A DNA stretch of 57,774 bases, filler included, from Candidatus Desantisbacteria bacterium CG1_02_49_89 (GTDB lineage Bacteria > Desantisbacteria > UBA1551): assembly GCA_001871075.1 (NCBI GenBank). It is 4 parts of 4 records of this genome, joined end to end, with 100 filler letters (N's around TTAATTAATTAA, not from the genome) between each part and the next. Parts side by side here need not be neighbours in the genome. Positions count along the whole stretch, not along the records: positions 45,999 to 57,774 come from MNUP01000035.1; 3 more parts are not named here. One strand, given 5' to 3'. Of this stretch, positions 53,464-57,774 are shown piece by piece. The translations under genes were made by a program, and so were the position numbers. The first letter of the stretch is position 1; every line of letters starts with the position of its first letter. The notes beneath the pieces were generated by a model that saw only the letters and a program-made list of their open reading frames with translations, did no database searches and was not told where the DNA came from.

Positions 53464-53703
53464 TTATTTAAGAAGATTTTGAATAAAGTCGATTGCCTTG
53501 CCGACGGTCTTGACGTCAAGCGCGGCTTCCTCGTCCATGGTTATGTCGAACTCCTGCTCGAACGCCGCCACGAGCTCAAGGCTCTGTATGGATTCCGCCC
53601 CGAGGTCCTTTACGAAGTCAGACTCGTTTTTGATCTTTTCGGGCTGGACTTTCAGCTGTTTTGACACCACCTTCTTCACCCTTTCCTCAACGCTTCCTTC
53701 CAT
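53464..53703 (-). CDS. acpP: Acyl carrier protein
   Basis: 79 aa; F.KDLGAESIQSLELV...E.EFDI..E.A....TVG. The Ser sits in an atypical ES.Q context. Confidence 0.88.
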   Translation of the reverse strand: MEGSVEERVKKVVSKQLKVQPEKIKNESDFVKDLGAESIQSLELVAAFEQEFDITMDEEAALDVKTVGKAIDFIQNLLK

Positions 53704-53774
53704 TTTTCCTCCACTTGGGATTACGGTGATTATAACTGAGATTACGGTGATTATCTAAATTTAAATAATCGCTG

Positions 53775-53827
53775 TCCCTAAAGGACCCCTGCGTCTTGTC
53801 CCGATTCTTATATCGGGACTGCAGGGG
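53775..53827 (+). repeat. Hybrid double hairpin (family-C-like first half plus family-B second half, 53 nt)
   Basis: TCCCTAAAGGA-CCCCTG-CGTCTT-GTCCCGAT/ATCGGGAC-TGCAGGGG; removing it restores AATCGCTG|TAATC. Confidence 0.8.
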
Positions 53828-53857
53828 TAATCATCTTTCTAAATCACTGTAATCAGT

Positions 53858-55114
53858 TTATTGCATTCTCGACTTGCGGACTGCTTCTTCGCGGTCATCT
53901 TTGGTAATTTCATGCACGTGCTTCAGGAGCGCGATATCCTCTTCCGCCAGGCTGACGCCCCTTCTTGACATCGCGGCCCTGGCGGTTTCTGTCTGCATCC
54001 TGAACCCGTAGCCTTTTGAAAACGCGTTATTCAAAAACCAGCAGTAGGAAGGGATGTATTTCGGCGCCACTCCCCCGCTTCCCACAACATTGCACATAAT
54101 GCCTATCACCGTGCCGGTGTTCAGGAGCGTGCCGATGCTTGTTTTGGTGTGGTCCCCGATAAACGAGCCCACCTTGGTGCTTCCGGAATCCACGGCCGTG
54201 TTTTTCACGTGCACGGAAACAGAGCTGTAGTCATTTTTCAGGTCGCTGTTCGTGGTTAGCGCGCCAAGGTTCACCCATTCGCACACGTAGGCGTGGCCCA
54301 GGAACCCGTCGTGGTACTTGTTGGAATAGGCGTGGATGATGGTTTCCTCCACTTCGCCGCCGACCCTGCACACAGGCCCGATGGATGTCCCTTCCCTTAT
54401 CCTGGACGCTCCCATTATCTGCGAGTTCCTGCCCAGGTACATAGGCCCTTCTATCCGGGAAAAAGGAAAGATCTCAGAGCTTTCATCAAGGATGATCGGT
54501 CCCCTGGTCGTGTCCAGGACCACAAAAGGATGCACCTTCGCGCCGGGAGCGACCCGTATCCTGTTCTCGTCGCCGTACACACAGGCAAGTTTGTGTATCT
54601 CGCCTTTGACAGACCCTCCACCGGATGCCATGAAGTCATCCTCTATCGCTTTCGGGTTGTAATTTACAAGGTCCCACGGAAAGGATATGACAGGGATATC
54701 CGTTTCTTTTGCCGGGACCGCATGTTTAATTGACTCGAGAAAGATCCAGATATTACCGGCGGCTTTTGACGCTTTTTCTTTTTTAAGCCTTGCGAAAACC
54801 ACGGAATCGCTTTTTATCCCTATTTCTTCTTCCCCGGTAAGCGGCGGCGCCTTCCCTTCCAGGACAAGCATCCTGCCGTTAATGAAAAGGATGTCGTCGT
54901 TAATCGCACCTTCGTTGTTCGCTCCGGCAAACCTTTTGCCGAAAACCGGGACCAGTTCTTCCCGCATCCTGTAAATGATCTCGCATTTCCCGTAAAACCT
55001 CGCTATTTTCTCCCAGAGCTTTGTCGCCCCGCATCTCAGCTCGAAAACCGGGCGCAGGAACGTAAGCGGGTAAAGCTGGTCGATCTTGTCGTCCTCGAAT
55101 ACGCAGACTTTCAT
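53858..55114 (-). CDS. Putative sugar nucleotidyltransferase with left-handed beta-helix (GlmU-like)
   Basis: LYPLT..RPVFELRCG, hexapeptide repeats, VGGEV, SNKYHDGFLGH and WVNLGA.T.NSDLKN.Y motifs. Confidence 0.85.
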   Translation of the reverse strand: MKVCVFEDDKIDQLYPLTFLRPVFELRCGATKLWEKIARFYGKCEIIYRMREELVPVFGKRFAGANNEGAINDDILFINGRMLVLEGKAPPLTGEEEIGIKSDSVVFARLKKEKASKAAGNIWIFLESIKHAVPAKETDIPVISFPWDLVNYNPKAIEDDFMASGGGSVKGEIHKLACVYGDENRIRVAPGAKVHPFVVLDTTRGPIILDESSEIFPFSRIEGPMYLGRNSQIMGASRIREGTSIGPVCRVGGEVEETIIHAYSNKYHDGFLGHAYVCEWVNLGALTTNSDLKNDYSSVSVHVKNTAVDSGSTKVGSFIGDHTKTSIGTLLNTGTVIGIMCNVVGSGGVAPKYIPSYCWFLNNAFSKGYGFRMQTETARAAMSRRGVSLAEEDIALLKHVHEITKDDREEAVRKSRMQ

Positions 55115-55226
55115 TAAACCCCCCATTTCGCATATGGCTAATGGCGTATGGCAACTGCTTAAGGGTCTGGATTCATATCATAGGTTGTAAGCCATGAGCC
55201 ATGAGCTATTGAGCGCATTTGTTCTT

Positions 55227-56156
55227 TTACAGGTTCATCCTTGCCGATATCCTGTGGGTATTGCCTACCGCGCCGAACGGTATCCAGGCGTAATCGATCG
55301 CGAACGACTCTCCCTGGATCCCCCCTCCGAGCGTAAGCCCGCCCGGGCATCCCGCTGAATAGTTCGTTCCGTTATAACCCGCGCGCAGGATGCATGAAAG
55401 AGAACCCGCAACGTTTACCGCGTATTCGGCGCCGGCCTGCAGCGATACGTCGGCATCATACGGCATTACTGCGTCCAGGGAAACAAGCAGCGACCGGAAC
55501 CTGTACGAGGCACCCAGGCGCACCGCTGAAGGAAGCGTGTCCTGCTGGGATATGAATTTCATGGATGCCCCCAGGTTCTGCACAGACAGGCCGGCCCTGA
55601 GGCTGTCCTGAAGCACGGAATAGGTAATGCCGGCGTCAACCGCAAGCGAGCTCGCCGAAGACCCGTCTATGTCGGAATAGATAACCTTTGCCGCGAAACC
55701 CGCGTCCAGTCCCGGGATGATATTTTTCGCGACCGCGGCGCCTGCTGCTATGTCAAAGGGGGAGAAACTGCCCGCAAGTTCTATTCCGTTCTTGTCGAGC
55801 TTCTGTATCGCGCCGGCGTTCAGGTAACCGAAAGTAAATCCAAGGGTGGCGAATTCCTGCAATGGCACGGCGCATGCCACGTAATCGACCGTAGCGTCCT
55901 CAAGCCAGAACGAATGCATGAACGAAACCGATGCGTTCATCCCTGAAATGGATGCCGGGTTCCAGCACACGCTGAAAGCGTCACCTTTCACCGAAGAGAA
56001 CGCGTCGCCCATAGCCGCCTGCCTCGCGCCCGGCCTGAACTTCAGGAACTGAGCCCCGGTTGTCCCAGCGTTCTGGTTTATCGCGTATGACACGCTTGCC
56101 CCGCCTGCCACCATCCCCATTATTATTACCGCTATTACTGCAGATGATTTTTTCAT
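55227..56156 (-). CDS. PorV/PorQ-family outer-membrane beta-barrel protein
   Basis: Signal peptide; GTTGAQFLK...GAR..AMG.A....WNPA, D.G..Y, LP...RLG and DYA..P.G..G.THR motifs. Confidence 0.85.
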   Translation of the reverse strand: MKKSSAVIAVIIMGMVAGGASVSYAINQNAGTTGAQFLKFRPGARQAAMGDAFSSVKGDAFSVCWNPASISGMNASVSFMHSFWLEDATVDYVACAVPLQEFATLGFTFGYLNAGAIQKLDKNGIELAGSFSPFDIAAGAAVAKNIIPGLDAGFAAKVIYSDIDGSSASSLAVDAGITYSVLQDSLRAGLSVQNLGASMKFISQQDTLPSAVRLGASYRFRSLLVSLDAVMPYDADVSLQAGAEYAVNVAGSLSCILRAGYNGTNYSAGCPGGLTLGGGIQGESFAIDYAWIPFGAVGNTHRISARMNL

Positions 56157-56185
56157 TTTATCTCCTTAATTTATAGTGTTTGAGA

Positions 56186-57774
56186 CTACCGGACCATACT
56201 TATCTTACCGCTTTTTCTTTCCCCGTTCGCGTTGGTAATAATGTATATGTAGGTGCCGCTGGCAAGATCAGCGCCATTCTGGTTAACGCCCTTCCAGAGG
56301 AAGAACCCGTCCCCGTCAGTTTCCTCGCCTTCATATACGGGTTCGCCCATCATAGTATAGATACGTATCGTGGCTTTTGACGTAAGGCCGGCGAAAGTTA
56401 TATCAGTGCTGTCAAGGGAGGTCCCGCTTCCCGGGCGCCAGGGATTAGGGTACACCTTCGCGTCCTTAAGGGTTGAAGAAACAGATTCCTTCATAAGTAT
56501 GGAATAAACGGAAAAATGCCTTGACTGCGTTGTGAGCTCTTTGCCGTTCTTGTCAAGCGTGAAGGAAACCTTGTCCCAGGTTTTCGCAACTTCGTTAAAA
56601 AGATACAGGCCCAGGTTTTCAACGGGGATGCTTGTCCCGTCGACAATTCCGTCATTATCGCTGTCCTGGAACGGTATCCTTAACGTAACAGGCAGCACAA
56701 AGTTCTGAGTGAAACCTTCGCCGCTTGATGATCTGAACGCAGAGAACTCGCGCTTTATGCCTGTAAGCCTGTGCGCGCCCGCCTTGCTGTCAGCCTCAAG
56801 CAGGGAGTCCGCGTTGACAGCTATGGGCTGCGCCTGGGGGTCTGTCGAGATCGCCACAACAAGGTCAGAGCCAAGCGCTCCCGGATTTGCGTCCGCTATT
56901 GTTTTGCTGTCCTCCCCTGTTACGAAACCGCCTGCCGCGCTTGCTATGAGTTTTGCCGCGGGGAGCGCGTTTACCTTCTGGCAGTATAAGTTCCAGTCTG
57001 CCGCGTTCCTATTATCGCACCATACCGTAAAAAAGCCTCCGCCGCAATCGGTTAACGCGACCGGCGCGGACTTATCGTTCGCTATAACGCAGAGTGTTTC
57101 GCCTTTCGCGGTCCATACCGAATTTAAAGAACTGTTAATGTGCTGGGCGTACAGGTTGTAGTTACCTTTGCGGTTGTCCCTCCAGGCAGCGAACGCCCCG
57201 CCAAGGCCATCATTGGCAACCGATACACCCTGGCTCATCAAATGATCGTATAGCGTTATCCCTGAGCCGGATGCCAGCAGGCTGCCTGACGCGTTAACTC
57301 CCTGCAGCATGGCGTTGGTTCCGTCCGTCCATATTATCCAGCTCCCGCCTTTGCCGTCCGCGCATATGGACCAGTTGTCGTTGGTTAAGGCGCCTGAAAT
57401 AAGTATCCCGTTGTTCGTCCACTTCATTATTCCGTTGCCGTCAAATCTCTGGGTGTAAACACAGCTAGCGCCTCCTGAGCGGCGGTCGCGCCAGGCTGTG
57501 ATCGCTCCTCCTGAACCGTCAGAGATAACCGAGAGCGCCCTGCGCCAGTTCACCTCAACGCATACCGTAATGCCGTTTGTGGCCCATTTGGTATCGCCGT
57601 TCGCGTTAAAACTTTGCGCGTAAACATCGCAGTCGTGCACGCGCGAGTCCATCCATGCCGCGATCACCCCGCCCGCTCCGTCAGGCGCAATACCCATGTC
57701 GTTCTGGTAACCCGTGAACGTGCAGACAGTTTCCCCATTCTTTGTCCATAGCATTGTGCCGCTGGGGTCAACTC
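56186..57774 (-). CDS. Secreted beta-propeller-repeat protein with FlgD-Ig/T9SS-like C-terminal domain (5' end outside the window)
   Basis: Repeated DG.GG...W.D.R....YAQ units; C-terminal VYPNP...I.IYT..GE.V...W.G.N..G..LASGTYIY. The frame is open to the window edge. Confidence 0.85.
   Translation of the reverse strand, partial: VDPSGTMLWTKNGETVCTFTGYQNDMGIAPDGAGGVIAAWMDSRVHDCDVYAQSFNANGDTKWATNGITVCVEVNWRRALSVISDGSGGAITAWRDRRSGGASCVYTQRFDGNGIMKWTNNGILISGALTNDNWSICADGKGGSWIIWTDGTNAMLQGVNASGSLLASGSGITLYDHLMSQGVSVANDGLGGAFAAWRDNRKGNYNLYAQHINSSLNSVWTAKGETLCVIANDKSAPVALTDCGGGFFTVWCDNRNAADWNLYCQKVNALPAAKLIASAAGGFVTGEDSKTIADANPGALGSDLVVAISTDPQAQPIAVNADSLLEADSKAGAHRLTGIKREFSAFRSSSGEGFTQNFVLPVTLRIPFQDSDNDGIVDGTSIPVENLGLYLFNEVAKTWDKVSFTLDKNGKELTTQSRHFSVYSILMKESVSSTLKDAKVYPNPWRPGSGTSLDSTDITFAGLTSKATIRIYTMMGEPVYEGEETDGDGFFLWKGVNQNGADLASGTYIYIITNANGERKSGKISMVR

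Noticed and set aside
49570-53854. GATTACAGTGATT repeats as CRISPR repeats
   Set aside because: They are short, occur as inverted doublets and are dispersed across separate spacers.
1-57774. All genes on one strand as evidence of a prophage or one giant operon
   Set aside because: No phage genes are present; there are four separate contigs and several internal promoters, so strand bias or scaffold orientation is sufficient.

Overview
Bacterial draft-genome window made of four contigs joined by 100-nt N/TTAATTAATTAA linkers (15844-15943, 31484-31583, 45899-45998), so adjacency across the gaps is not guaranteed. Every credible gene (about 48) is on the minus strand. Content: sugar catabolism (GH78 rhamnosidase, GH38 mannosidase, two large secreted clan-A glycosidases, AraD, epimerases, dehydrogenases, three UroD/MtaA-like paralogs), envelope and housekeeping genes (murG, nagB, acpP, rpmB, queE, pilT, a Flp-like pilin missed by the ORF track, a PorV-like protein next to a CTD-bearing secreted protein), an RHS fragment and an IS1202-like remnant. 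The most striking signal is non-coding. Most spacers are built from inverted arrays of short repeats. Into these, a family of GC-rich double-hairpin micro-elements (22-75 nt, co-varying stems, interchangeable halves) has inserted precisely with no target-site duplication. Copies inside genes have lengths divisible by 3 and add peptide loops to QueE, glycosidases and signal peptides; one empty site is visible in a tandem paralog. A 17-bp inverted-repeat pair exactly brackets a GHKL-ATPase/SWIM/Zn-protein/Fic cassette. Two adjacent genes each carry a single in-frame UAG. No CRISPR array, rRNA or tRNA was seen. All family assignments are by motif recognition; no database searches were run.
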